A stretch of DNA of 64,000 nucleotides from Candidatus Krumholzibacteriota bacterium (GCA_041309605.1 JBFYZH010000036.1:23568-87567), one strand, 5' to 3'. Positions 1-9,586 are shown, numbered from the stretch's first letter. A program made the numbers and translations. Notes: a model not told the origin generated them from the letters alone.

Positions 1-254
1 GAAGAAGCGATATTCTCCAGCAGTTCCTTGTCGAGGCCGCCACGCTCACCGGCACCGGAGGGCTTATCGGCATAGTTCTTGGCCTGATCGCCGCCAGGGG
101 AGTGGCGCACCTGATCAAGTTCCCCTATTCGGTTCCCGTCATATGGATAATCGTCGCTTTTGTCTTTTCCGCCTCGATAGGGCTGATATTCGGGATGTAC
201 CCGGCCAACAGGGCCGCGCGCATGGACCCGATAAAGGCTCTTCACTACGAGTGA
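1..254 (+). CDS. ABC transporter permease, MacB/FtsX family, C-terminal fragment (5' end outside window)
   Basis: Open frame with first full codon at nt 3 and TGA at 252-254. Translation ...GGLIGIVLGLIAARGVAHLIKFPYSVPVIWIIVAFVFSASIGLIFGMYPANRAARMDPIKALHYE matches the conserved FtsX/MacB C-terminus (YPAxRAARxDPIEALRYE). Absent from the ORF track because it has no start in the window. Confidence 0.6.
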   Translation, partial: RSDILQQFLVEAATLTGTGGLIGIVLGLIAARGVAHLIKFPYSVPVIWIIVAFVFSASIGLIFGMYPANRAARMDPIKALHYE

Positions 255-438
255 CCGGGATCCCTTCACGGCAGCGTCCCACGGCCGGCAATATGCGATC
301 TTCAGGCGATCCCGGAACCGTCCCCGGACAAACGCGCGCCCTTATTCTCCGTCTGCCGGCGGAGCGTTTGACCGGGGGATCGTAAATTGTTGCCTCCGTG
401 TCCGCGGGAGTCTATACTTCGGTCAAGGGAGGTCTGAA

Positions 439-1794
439 ATGCTCTGTAATGATTCCGCCAGGCCCCGCCTGCCGGGCCGCATCCTGTTCCTGTCGATGAC
501 GATTCCCGTCCTTGTTTTAGCGGCGATCCCCTCCTCTATTCGCGGACAGTTGAGAATGCACTCCGCGGACACTCCCTTCGAACTCTCGGTCAGCCAGAAG
601 ATCGACGGCGAAGAAGGCCGGACGATAGTCGTGCATGCCGCGATCGATCACAGAAGCCTCGTTTTCCTCAGGAAAGCCGGCAACTACCAGGCGCGTTACC
701 GTGTCTACATAGATCTCGGAAGGGAGATGCGCGGCCTGCCCCGGGGGGACGTGTGGGAGGAGACTGTCTCGGTCGGCTCGTATGAAGAGACCCGTTCTTC
801 GAACCTCAAATCGGTCATTAAACGATCCTTCCGGGCCGAACCGGGCGAATACAGGGTCAAGGTGATCATCGAGGTGCTCGACGCGTCACGAAGGTTTGAA
901 AGGGAAAGCAGGATAAGGATCGCCGAGGCCGGCAGCGGGAAGATCCAGCTTTCGACGCCGGTGTTCTACATACCGGAAAAAGACAGGTCGGCCGAGAAAC
1001 CGCCCGCGGGTGAACTGGTTTTTTCGATATGCCGGCCGCCTTCCGATAACGGGTTCCAGTCGCTCCCCGGGGGTGTATTCCTCGATTTCAGATCATGGAT
1101 GAGGATTTATTTCGAAACGATTTTCCCCCCGGGGGACGATATGGCGGCCGGATGCGTTATAAGCGCGAAAATAACCGATTCCAGGGGCCGGACCGTGACT
1201 TACAACAGGCAGAGGGTCGCCGCGCCCGCCCCTGGGCAACCGGGATACTGCATCGACCTGAACGTCGATCGCCTTCCGATCGGTTTCTACAATCTGTCAC
1301 TGGTCGCCGAGGTCCCGGGGTCGGATACAAGGACTTCGGCGCAGGAGCCTTTCGTCATCCTGCTTAACGGCGGGATGCTCAGCGAACATTTTACCGTCCT
1401 GATGGAGCTTCTGTCGATCGTGGCGGAAAAGGAGGACCTGGCCGATCTGGAAAACGCGGGACCGGAAATGCGCGAGGACCGGTGGTACGCATTCTGGAAG
1501 AAAAGAGATCCGACCCGGACCACCGGACTTAACGAAGGGTTGAGCGAGTTTCTCAGACGCCTCAAGTATGCGCTCGGAACCTTCTCCAGAACCCGTCCCG
1601 GCTGGGAAACCGATATGGGCAGGGTATTCATCCGGAATGGAAATCCGGACAGGATAACGGACCGTTCGGGGAATCAGTTCGCCATGGGCAGCGAGTATCA
1701 ATTATGGTATTACGACTCGCTGGGCCTGGTCTATATCTTCCAGAACACGATGGGGGGCGGAGAGTATCGTCTACTCGACACGCAGATGTATTGA
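439..1794 (+). CDS. GWxTD domain-containing secreted protein
   Basis: 451-aa ORF with an N-terminal hydrophobic signal-like segment. The C-terminal region carries GWETDMGRVFIRNGNPDRI, which matches the GWxTDRG motif of the GWxTD domain family, followed by an aromatic-rich tail. Start codon uncertain (internal Met at MTIPVLVLA is possible). Confidence 0.55.
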   Translation: MLCNDSARPRLPGRILFLSMTIPVLVLAAIPSSIRGQLRMHSADTPFELSVSQKIDGEEGRTIVVHAAIDHRSLVFLRKAGNYQARYRVYIDLGREMRGLPRGDVWEETVSVGSYEETRSSNLKSVIKRSFRAEPGEYRVKVIIEVLDASRRFERESRIRIAEAGSGKIQLSTPVFYIPEKDRSAEKPPAGELVFSICRPPSDNGFQSLPGGVFLDFRSWMRIYFETIFPPGDDMAAGCVISAKITDSRGRTVTYNRQRVAAPAPGQPGYCIDLNVDRLPIGFYNLSLVAEVPGSDTRTSAQEPFVILLNGGMLSEHFTVLMELLSIVAEKEDLADLENAGPEMREDRWYAFWKKRDPTRTTGLNEGLSEFLRRLKYALGTFSRTRPGWETDMGRVFIRNGNPDRITDRSGNQFAMGSEYQLWYYDSLGLVYIFQNTMGGGEYRLLDTQMY

Positions 1795-1816
1795 CGCGTT
1801 TCGCGGCCGGTGGATT

Positions 1817-3358
1817 GTGCCGTCGATCCTTCTGATCCTTTCGATCATCATGCAGTCCTGTACGGGCGAGGAGAAAAGGCCCGTCCTCAGAATCGCCTTC
1901 CAGACGGAACCGACGACGGCCGATCCGGCGTACGCGGTGGATTATTCGTCGGGCGCGCTGGCATCGCTTACCCACTCCAATCTTGTGCGGTTCGACGACA
2001 GCGGAAAGATATCCCCCGATCTCGCCGTTTCCTGGACAGTGACCGCCGACGCTCTCACATATGTATTTACTCTCGGATCGACGGGATTTTCCGACGGAAC
2101 GCCCCTGACGGCCGGAGACGTCGTCCTGTCCTTCAAACGGCTTCTGGACCCGGCGACCCTGTCGCCGCGCTGGTGGGTTCTTGAACCGCTGCGCGGAGCG
2201 GCCTGCTTTCATGAAGGCGGGCCATTCGACGGGAACTGCGTTCTCGCCCCCGACGATGTGACCGTGGTGATAAATCTCGAAAAACCGACCGCCCATTTCC
2301 TGAGTCTTCTGTCGATGCCCGCCGCCGCCGTGGTAAACAACCGCGAAACGGCAAGGCTGGGGAAGGACTATGGAAGGGATCCGGCCGGAAGCGGTCCGTG
2401 GACGATCTCGGAGTGGAACGAAGGAGAGGCGATAATCCTCGAACGTAACGTTTACAGCGGCGACAAAGGCGGGAATATCGAGGGGATAACGCTTAGGATC
2501 ATACCGGAAACGATGACCGCAATAGCGGAATTCGAGGTCGGCGGACTCGATATCCTCGAGATACCGAGAACCGAACTGGAGATGTGGAAAACGGCGGGTG
2601 TGAACCTGCTCAGGCAGGAGGAACTACGGACGTCCTACATCGGCCTGAACAACAGGAAGGAGCCCTTCACGGACGTCCGGGTGCGAAGGGCCCTCAACCA
2701 CGCGGTCGACGTAGAGACGATCATCGCGAAGATACTTTTCGGAGCGGGCACAAGGTCGCGCGGGAGTGTTCCTCCGGTACTCAGGGATAGCGCGGCCGGA
2801 CCGGATCTCTATCCCTACGACCCCGGGAAAGCCCGGGCCCTTCTTGCCGAAGCGGGATATCCCGGCGGATTCGACATGGAGATCTGGCAGCGGGAAAATC
2901 CCGAGGCCGGCCGGATACTCGAAGCCGTGCAGGCGTATCTCGCGAGAGTCGGCGTGAGGGCGAAGATAGTGACGAGGGAATGGAGCGCCTTCAAGCAGGC
3001 GGTCGACCAGGGTACTCCGGACGCCTTCTATCTCGACTGGATCGCGGATTATCCGGACGCCGAGAACTTTCTTCGGCCCCTTTTCCATTCGTCCAACGCC
3101 GGTGGTGGGGGAAACAGGGCCGCCTACGGCGACGCCGGCGTGGACTCGATGCTCGTGCTGGCCTCGATGACCCGCGATGTGGAGCAGCGGACGCGGTTGT
3201 ACGGGACGATCGAGGAAAAGGTCTATGCCGACGCCCCGTGGATATTTCTCTGGTTTCCGGTCAGGTACGAGGTGGTTTCTCCGGATCTGGAGGGGTACAG
3301 GATGCCCGTCATCCAGACCAGTGTCAAGTTTACTGAGGTCTCGTTTCGCGAGAGGTAG
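1817..3358 (+). CDS. ABC transporter substrate-binding lipoprotein, family 5 (peptide/nickel, OppA/DppA-like)
   Basis: 513 aa with GTG start and a short signal ending at Cys (IIMQSC). Carries SBP_bac_5 hallmarks including WIADYPDAENFL. Lies immediately upstream of two permease genes. Confidence 0.8.
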   Translation: MPSILLILSIIMQSCTGEEKRPVLRIAFQTEPTTADPAYAVDYSSGALASLTHSNLVRFDDSGKISPDLAVSWTVTADALTYVFTLGSTGFSDGTPLTAGDVVLSFKRLLDPATLSPRWWVLEPLRGAACFHEGGPFDGNCVLAPDDVTVVINLEKPTAHFLSLLSMPAAAVVNNRETARLGKDYGRDPAGSGPWTISEWNEGEAIILERNVYSGDKGGNIEGITLRIIPETMTAIAEFEVGGLDILEIPRTELEMWKTAGVNLLRQEELRTSYIGLNNRKEPFTDVRVRRALNHAVDVETIIAKILFGAGTRSRGSVPPVLRDSAAGPDLYPYDPGKARALLAEAGYPGGFDMEIWQRENPEAGRILEAVQAYLARVGVRAKIVTREWSAFKQAVDQGTPDAFYLDWIADYPDAENFLRPLFHSSNAGGGGNRAAYGDAGVDSMLVLASMTRDVEQRTRLYGTIEEKVYADAPWIFLWFPVRYEVVSPDLEGYRMPVIQTSVKFTEVSFRER

Positions 3359-3364
3359 GCCGGA

Positions 3365-4297
3365 TTGCTTCGTTTCATGGCGAGAAGATTATTACTGCTG
3401 GTGCCGGTCATTTTAGGCGTCGTGACGATCACCTTTTTTCTTATGTACGTCATTCCCGGAGATCCCGTGCTCTCCCTGGCGGGAGAGCGGTACGATGAAA
3501 AGACACTGGACGGCATGAGGGAGGAACTGGGCCTCGACAGGCCCGTTCATCTTCAGTATCTCGGTTACCTCGGGCGCCTCGCGCGGTTCGATCTTGGAAA
3601 GTCCTTCGTGACGGGCAGGCCGGTATCGGAGAGCATCGCGGAGAGATTTCCACGCACCCTGCTTCTCGCCTCGAGCGCGATGTTGCTGGCCGTCGCCGGA
3701 GGCGTCCTGGCGGGGATGTTGTCGGCCTGGAGAAAGTTCGACTGGCTCGGCAGGCCGTTGATGGCCCTCTCGCTGGCCGGAGTATCGATCCCTGTATTCT
3801 GGCTCGGGCTCATGCTTATTTTCGTCTTTTCAATAAAACTACAGCTTCTTCCCCCGTCGGGCTTCGGCGGAGGCTCCCTCAGATACCTCCTTCTTCCGGC
3901 CCTGACCCTTTCCTTCGCCTCGATGGCGACGATCGCCAGGGTGACGAGGGCCGGTTTCATGGAGGCCGGGAGCGACGATTTCGTGAGGACGGCAAGGGCC
4001 AAGGGACTCGCCGAATCGAGCGTGATGGCCAAGCACGTCTTCCGCAACGCCCTGATCCCGGTCGTGACGATAGTGGGGACCGACTTCGGCAGCTACCTGA
4101 GCGGTTCGGTCCTGACCGAGACGATCTTCGGATGGCCCGGTCTCGGCCGGTACATCGTCCAGGCGATTCTCAAACGGGATTTCCCGGTCATACAGGGCTC
4201 GATACTTTTCATGGCCGTACTTTTCGTCGTCGTCAACCTCCTTGTCGACATGAGTTACGGGTTGATAGATCCGAGAATAAGGCAGAAGGGAGCCTGA
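3365..4297 (+). CDS. ABC transporter permease (OppB/DppB-like)
   Basis: 310 aa with the typical N-terminus MLRFMARRLLLLVPVILGVVTITFFLMYVIPGDP, multiple TM segments and the BPD_transp_1 signature region. Confidence 0.85.
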   Translation: MLRFMARRLLLLVPVILGVVTITFFLMYVIPGDPVLSLAGERYDEKTLDGMREELGLDRPVHLQYLGYLGRLARFDLGKSFVTGRPVSESIAERFPRTLLLASSAMLLAVAGGVLAGMLSAWRKFDWLGRPLMALSLAGVSIPVFWLGLMLIFVFSIKLQLLPPSGFGGGSLRYLLLPALTLSFASMATIARVTRAGFMEAGSDDFVRTARAKGLAESSVMAKHVFRNALIPVVTIVGTDFGSYLSGSVLTETIFGWPGLGRYIVQAILKRDFPVIQGSILFMAVLFVVVNLLVDMSYGLIDPRIRQKGA

Positions 4298-5169
4298 TGC
4301 CGGCTGAATGGAGACGGTTTGTTTCGAGGTTCCGGGCAAGCCGCAGCGCGAGCGCGGGGCTGGCCGTCCTCGGCGTTATTGTCGTTCTGGTTGTCCTTTC
4401 GGGAATACTGCCCTTCGGGCGGGCGGGAGAGATCGATCTGGACCGGTCCCTCGAACCCCCATCCATGGGGCATCCTTTCGGCACGGACGCCTTCGGCAGG
4501 GATCTTCTCCTTATGGTCCTTCAGGGGGGGAGGATCTCCATGAGCGTCGGGTTTCTCGCGAGAACCATCTCGCTGCTGCTCGGCATCGTGCTGGGGACGG
4601 TGGCCGGTTACGGGGGCGGGCGGACGGATTCGCTGATCATGAGGCTCGCGGATATAACCTTCGCCTTTCCCACCCTGCTTCTTCTGATAGCGATCATGGC
4701 TGTGGCGACCCCGGGGCTTGTGACGCTTTTTACGGTTCTCGGAGTCGTCGGGTGGGCGGCGATGGCCCGTCTGGTCCGCGCCCAGGTGCTGGCGGTCAGG
4801 GAGCGAGAGTATGTCCAGGCCGCCATGGCCGCCGGGGCGGGACATTTCAAGATCGTGACAAGGTATATCCTGCCGCAGTGCCTGTCCACCCTCATAGTCG
4901 TGTACACGATGGGGCTCGGGATGACGATCATGGCCGAATCGAGCCTCAGCTTTCTCGGTCTTGGAGTACAGCCGCCGGATCCGAGCTGGGGAAGGATGAT
5001 ATCGGGTGGAATAGCCTTCATGAGAACCGCCCCGTGGCTCACGCTGTTCCCCGGGCTTGTATTGACATTGACGGTCTGCTCCCTTAACCTGCTTGGCGAC
5101 GGGTTGAGGGATATTCTCGATCCGAAACTGGTTTCGGGCGCGAAGGCGCGCCGGATGGACGTCCTGTAG
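4297..5169 (+). CDS. ABC transporter permease (OppC/DppC-like)
   Basis: The ATG at 4297 overlaps the upstream stop codon (ATGA). The N-terminus MPAEWRRFVSRFRASRSASAGLAVLGVIVVL is typical of DppC-type permeases. The tracked ORF start at 4132 is an upstream in-frame extension. Confidence 0.8.
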   Translation: MPAEWRRFVSRFRASRSASAGLAVLGVIVVLVVLSGILPFGRAGEIDLDRSLEPPSMGHPFGTDAFGRDLLLMVLQGGRISMSVGFLARTISLLLGIVLGTVAGYGGGRTDSLIMRLADITFAFPTLLLLIAIMAVATPGLVTLFTVLGVVGWAAMARLVRAQVLAVREREYVQAAMAAGAGHFKIVTRYILPQCLSTLIVVYTMGLGMTIMAESSLSFLGLGVQPPDPSWGRMISGGIAFMRTAPWLTLFPGLVLTLTVCSLNLLGDGLRDILDPKLVSGAKARRMDVL

Positions 5170-5254
5170 CGGCGGGGCGGGGATATCGGCGGGACGATCG
5201 CCGGAGGGCGGCTCGCCCATTCCGGAGCACCGGATCCGATGGAGTCGAATCGTA

Positions 5255-6322
5255 TTGAAAGATATTCTGCAGACGGTGATCGAATCTCTTGACGCGAAGG
5301 AAAAGGCGCTTGGTTTCGACTGGAGATCGAGCTGGTTCAGGGTCGTCCCCGGTAGCGGCGGGCGTGTCGGCGTGGAGTTGAGCAGGATAGAGCTGCTTCG
5401 CGCCGTCGAGAAGGACCTTCCGGGATTTTTCCTCGCCGAATCCTCGCGCGGTCTTGCGACAATGAGATCGGCTTCGGGAAACGAGATCGTCATCCGTCTG
5501 TCGGGAGAAGGGCGCGAAACGACCATGTGGACCGTCGCGAGCGTCGCCGACCTTAGAAGGGCGCCGGAACATTCCGGCGAACTGGTCACCCAGGCGATAA
5601 TGGGCGAGACGATGACGTTGCTGGAGCGCAGGGGGGACTGGTACTTCGTCAGGATGGAGGATGATTACCACGGGTGGGTAAGGTCGTGGCATGTCGTGGA
5701 GACCCCCTGGGCCGAAGTGAGGAAATTCGACGGCGAAGTCAACGCCCGCGTGGGGGTGAGCGTTGGATACGTTCGTTCCGGCCCCGGGGAGGACAGCATC
5801 CCCGTGTCGGACGTCACCGCAGGAACGCGTCTTGTTACGCGGCCTGCGGGTGAAGGCCTTTCGATCGTCCGCCTTCCCGGAGGGAAATCGGGTTATTTCA
5901 GGGCCGGGCTTCTTTGCGGCCTGAAGGCGGAAGGAGACCCTGGAAAGAGGATAATCGACAGGGCTATGGGTTTTTTCGGCATCCCCTATGTATGGGGGGG
6001 AACTTCGGCGAAGGGGTTCGATTGCTCCGGGCTCGTCAAGAGGGTGTTCCTGATGGAGGGCATCGACCTGCCGAGGGATGCCGGGCAGCAGGCGGAAATC
6101 GGGAAGTATATCGGAATCGGGAATATCGACCGGGCGGCTCCGGCCGACCTGCTTTTCTTCGGCGAAGGGGGAAAGATCACGCACGTGGCCATATCGATGG
6201 GCGGCGGCAGGTTCATTCACGCTTACGGCGATGTGAGGATCAACAGTTACAGGAACGACGATTCACTCTTCGAGGAGAAGCTGGCCGCGAAGCTTCTCTT
6301 CGCCCGTTCCGTAATCTCCTGA
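5255..6322 (+). CDS. NlpC/P60 (C40) family peptidoglycan peptidase with N-terminal SH3-like domains
   Basis: C-terminal catalytic region GFDCSGLVKRVF...HVAISMGGGRFIHAY with the Cys/His arrangement of C40 peptidases. N-terminal half resembles SH3b repeats. Confidence 0.75.
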   Translation: MKDILQTVIESLDAKEKALGFDWRSSWFRVVPGSGGRVGVELSRIELLRAVEKDLPGFFLAESSRGLATMRSASGNEIVIRLSGEGRETTMWTVASVADLRRAPEHSGELVTQAIMGETMTLLERRGDWYFVRMEDDYHGWVRSWHVVETPWAEVRKFDGEVNARVGVSVGYVRSGPGEDSIPVSDVTAGTRLVTRPAGEGLSIVRLPGGKSGYFRAGLLCGLKAEGDPGKRIIDRAMGFFGIPYVWGGTSAKGFDCSGLVKRVFLMEGIDLPRDAGQQAEIGKYIGIGNIDRAAPADLLFFGEGGKITHVAISMGGGRFIHAYGDVRINSYRNDDSLFEEKLAAKLLFARSVIS

Positions 6323-6738
6323 ACCCCTCCCCGGGGCCGCGGGAGACTCCGCCGATCATGTCGAAACCCTCTTTAACAGAAAATTAATAAAAGAGTAAAA
6401 AATGTATTGACAAGATTCCACCTCTGTTCTAACGTTGCGCCCGGAAATTGGATATTTGTATTCGAGTGTTTTGAAAGGAGGATTCCTCGGATCTTTTACC
6501 CGGTAATTCCCCAGGGAGCGACCGGTAGATGGTTTAAGGGGGCTGCAGGAAAGCTGCAGGTTCCAGGATTCCGGCTTCGGACGATGGAAGGGGGGACAGA
6601 GAGAGCGAAGAGGAAGCGCTTTTGAGGTGTCAACAGATCTGAAAACTGGAATCGATCCGCGCATGATGCGCGGTTATATAGAACTCGAAACCTGAAGACT
6701 TCTTCCAATTCAGGAAGACGTATAACAGGAGGTTGTAA
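6323..6738. promoter_or_regulatory. Long AT-rich 5' leader / promoter region of the putative OMP gene
   Basis: 416-bp non-coding stretch, markedly AT-richer than its surroundings. Contains a TTGACA hexamer near 6408 and several perfect short hairpins (e.g. cgcgca-tga-tgcgcg; ctgcagg-aaag-ctgcagg). Ends with RBS AGGAGG 7 nt before the ATG at 6739. Confidence 0.3.
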
Positions 6739-8067
6739 ATGCGAAAGGTTATTCTTTTAAGTCTGGCGGCGATCATGCTGCTGTCAGGCGCAGTGATGGC
6801 GACCGAGACACGCATCGCGTCGCTCGGCTATTACACGGCGCCGTACATCTGCGATGACGCCAATGTGTACACATGGTATGCAACACTTCCCTCGTACGCC
6901 AACCTCGTCATGATGACGATGTGGAACTATGGCGAATACGAAGCTACTCCCGAAGGAATCTACGCGATGACGTACGCCCTCGGCGAGGAAGGGAAGTACG
7001 GGACGCTCGGCATGGGATTCATGGAATGGGGCTTCCACCCCAATCCGAATTACGGATTTGCCTATCAAATCTGGGACGGCAGCTGGGACGACTACGATGC
7101 TCCGAATTTTGATGAATGGGACGATTACATCGACGGCGTCGAGCAAAAATATACCGTCACCTACGCGTACAAGATGGAGAAGATGTCGTTTGGTCTTTTC
7201 TTCGACCGCTCAAGCGTCAAGTACAAGTACACGGAAGAAGACGACACCCCGTACGAGGAGGAAGGCACCGGCGCCTCGACGAAATTCGGCATTGGTTTCC
7301 GCATGGATCTCACCGACGCGATGACGCTGGATCTCGCCGGCGATTACACGAAGGTGACCGATACGTACACGATAAAAGACGACGAAGCGGATGAGGAAAA
7401 AACGGAACTGGATCCCGGCAAGGTGATGTCCTTCAGGGGACGCATGTTCTGGGAATACAACGAAGAAATCACCTTCGTTCCCTACGTAAGCTATACGAGC
7501 AGGGATTTTGCCTACAAACCGGTGGACGAAATCTACAGCGACGAGGGATTCGGATACAAGGACATGGAGATGACCTTCGGCATCGGCGCCAACATGACGG
7601 TCAACGAGGACGCCATGATCGTGTTCGCCGTGGAGCCCTTCTCCTACTGGAAAGCCGAACCGTCCGGATACACCGATGGTTACGAAGAGAGCTGGGAAGT
7701 CAATTACAAGGTGATGCCGCGCTTCATCCTCGCCCTCGAAAGCGACCTGACCGACTGGCTCACCTTCAGGACCGGATGCTCGAAGGATCTCGGGAAAACC
7801 TCCTGGAAATGGCAGGATGAAGATGATACCCAAGAGGAATCAAGGACATACGATCTGGACAACTTCGCCTGGAACATCGGCGTCGGTTTCCACTTCGGCG
7901 ATTTCGACATCGACTGCCTGCTCAACAAGTCCGTGCCCTTCAAGATGGGTTACTGGCTGACCGGCATGCAGGAACGCGACTACTACGGCTATCCGTACGG
8001 GAATGGCGATAGCGACAGCGGTTCAGATACTCCGATCTGTATGATCAGCGCCCTGTACCACTTCTAG
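6739..8067 (+). CDS. Putative outer-membrane beta-barrel protein (porin-like), highly acidic and aromatic-rich
   Basis: Signal peptide MRKVILLSLAAIMLLSGAVMA. Alternating amphipathic strands rich in Y/W/F/D/E/G. C-terminal ...ALYHF with terminal Phe is typical of OMP beta-barrels. Monocistronic, with a strong terminator. Confidence 0.5.
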   Translation: MRKVILLSLAAIMLLSGAVMATETRIASLGYYTAPYICDDANVYTWYATLPSYANLVMMTMWNYGEYEATPEGIYAMTYALGEEGKYGTLGMGFMEWGFHPNPNYGFAYQIWDGSWDDYDAPNFDEWDDYIDGVEQKYTVTYAYKMEKMSFGLFFDRSSVKYKYTEEDDTPYEEEGTGASTKFGIGFRMDLTDAMTLDLAGDYTKVTDTYTIKDDEADEEKTELDPGKVMSFRGRMFWEYNEEITFVPYVSYTSRDFAYKPVDEIYSDEGFGYKDMEMTFGIGANMTVNEDAMIVFAVEPFSYWKAEPSGYTDGYEESWEVNYKVMPRFILALESDLTDWLTFRTGCSKDLGKTSWKWQDEDDTQEESRTYDLDNFAWNIGVGFHFGDFDIDCLLNKSVPFKMGYWLTGMQERDYYGYPYGNGDSDSGSDTPICMISALYHF

Positions 8068-8096
8068 GATCGTATCTGATCGTTGAAGAACGTGAA

Positions 8097-8123
8097 GGGG
8101 GACCATATGGTCCCCCTTTTTTT
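8097..8123 (+). terminator. Rho-independent terminator
   Basis: Perfect 8-bp stem gggggacc/ggtccccc with loop atat, followed by a T7 run. Confidence 0.75.
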
Positions 8124-8203
8124 ACACTGTCCGGCAGTCTGACGCGCTTTTCCCAGCCATTTCCCTTTCAGAAGAGTTCCCCCGGCCCCGGGTGGTCTGG
8201 TAA

Positions 8204-9490
8204 TTGCATGTCATCAGGACTGTCCTCTGCAAAGGCGGGATAGTGTACTTTTTCTATTATTTCCCTGTCGGGCTCGATATCAAGGTCCGCAAGACTCCGG
8301 TGATAACCGTATTTCTTGCCGCAGTCTGTGTAATCACTTTTCTGGTATACAGATATATGCCATACGGGAGCCTCTGGAACCTTTCGAACCTGGTCTTCCT
8401 GCCGGCACGTCCGGCCATCGAGACATCCCTGTCGCACGTTTTTCTTCACATTGGGTACCTGCATCTTATCGGAAACATGGTTTACCTTGTGTTGTTCGGC
8501 AAAGCCATCGAAGACAGATTGGGCCCCGGCCGTTTCTTCACCATTTTCGCGCTTTCGGGGATGACCGGGGCCTGGACCCACACATGGCTTACTTCGGTCT
8601 TTTCACCCGAGTATATGGGGTACGGAGTGATCGGAGCGTCCGGGGCCACTTCCGGCCTCCTGGGCGCATACCTCGTAAGGTTCTATTTCACGAGGATCAG
8701 GGTCGCCTACTGGATCTTCATGCCGCTGCAGGGGGTGAACAGGGCCGGCCGAAGCCACGTTCCGGGAGTGCTTGCCATAGCCTTCTGGTTCCTCTACCAG
8801 GGCGCCTATGCCCTGATGCAGTTCGGCGCGGGCGGGGTGTCGGTCGCCTACAGCGTTCATGTCGGCGGGTTCGCCTGCGGGATACTTCTTGCCGCTCTGT
8901 TCGGAGCGTCTTCCGAGGCGCGCGCGGAGAGGTGCGTCTCGAGGGCGAAGGGGCACGTGGAGAAGGCGGCCTGGTTCGCCGCTCAGAGTGAATACCTGAA
9001 TTATCTCTGCATGCGGCCTTTCGACGGGGATATCCACGCGGAAGCGGCAAGGGTTTTCCTTTGCGGATCCGAGAAGGGAAGGGCCAGATACCATTACGTC
9101 GAGGCAGTCACCAATCTTATGAAAAAGGCGAGAAGAGGCGACGCGGAGACCGTATTCATGGAGGCGATGAGGTCTATCGAGGGCTTTACCCTGCCTGAAC
9201 ATGAACACCTCGGTCTTGCGTGCGGCATGGAAAGGTCGCTCAAGTATAACGGCGCGATCAAGGCGTACGAGAATTTCGTGTCGAGATACGCCGGTTCGCA
9301 GGAGATTCCTTTCGTCCTGCTGAGAATGGCGGGGATACACGAAAGAAGGTTCGCAAAGCCGTCCAGCGCCATATCATGCTATTCGGCGATCGTTGAAGGA
9401 TACCCTGACGACGCCTGGGCCGATTTCGCCAGGGCGGAGCTCGAAAGACTGCGGCGCGGGCGGATCGTCCTCCAGTCCGCGGGAAAATGA
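8204..9490 (+). CDS. Rhomboid family intramembrane serine protease with C-terminal TPR-like domain
   Basis: Multi-TM N-terminal region with rhomboid catalytic motifs GASGATSGLLGAY (GxSG) and HVGGFACG (catalytic His). C-terminal ~170 aa soluble helical repeat region. Start uncertain. Confidence 0.65.
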   Translation: MHVIRTVLCKGGIVYFFYYFPVGLDIKVRKTPVITVFLAAVCVITFLVYRYMPYGSLWNLSNLVFLPARPAIETSLSHVFLHIGYLHLIGNMVYLVLFGKAIEDRLGPGRFFTIFALSGMTGAWTHTWLTSVFSPEYMGYGVIGASGATSGLLGAYLVRFYFTRIRVAYWIFMPLQGVNRAGRSHVPGVLAIAFWFLYQGAYALMQFGAGGVSVAYSVHVGGFACGILLAALFGASSEARAERCVSRAKGHVEKAAWFAAQSEYLNYLCMRPFDGDIHAEAARVFLCGSEKGRARYHYVEAVTNLMKKARRGDAETVFMEAMRSIEGFTLPEHEHLGLACGMERSLKYNGAIKAYENFVSRYAGSQEIPFVLLRMAGIHERRFAKPSSAISCYSAIVEGYPDDAWADFARAELERLRRGRIVLQSAGK

Positions 9491-9586
9491 GAAGAAAACG
9501 GAAATATCCCGCCTGGCGGGGTCGAAATGTCTTGAATAAGCTTTATTGTTCTGGTAGCTTTCAGCGAGGATGCGGGGTGGTGAGGT

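Noticed and set aside
143-385. 80-aa + strand ORF near the window start
   Set aside because: It overlaps, in another frame, the well-supported MacB/FtsX permease C-terminus and the intergenic region. Arg/Pro-rich composition is typical of out-of-frame translation of high-GC DNA.
1628-2296. 222-aa minus-strand ORF spanning the GWxTD / SBP junction
   Set aside because: Antisense to two well-supported genes, with Arg-rich low-complexity translation.
4132-4296. Upstream in-frame extension of the DppC-like permease ORF
   Set aside because: It would overlap the preceding permease by 165 nt. The ATG at 4297 gives the canonical N-terminus and a 1-nt stop/start overlap.
4255-5589. 444-aa minus-strand ORF
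   Set aside because: Antisense to the DppC-like permease and the start of the NlpC/P60 gene. Arg/Pro/Gly-rich, no recognisable domain. It is a long shadow ORF of the kind expected opposite genes with GC-rich third positions.
5084-6220. 378-aa minus-strand ORF
   Set aside because: Antisense to the NlpC/P60 peptidase gene, which has clear catalytic motifs. Composition is typical of a spurious high-GC ORF.
6407-6625. 72-aa TTG-start ORF inside the porin leader
   Set aside because: No RBS, TTG start and Arg-rich low-complexity product. The region is better explained as a non-coding leader.
8603-9340. 245-aa minus-strand ORF
   Set aside because: Antisense to the rhomboid-TPR gene; no motifs.
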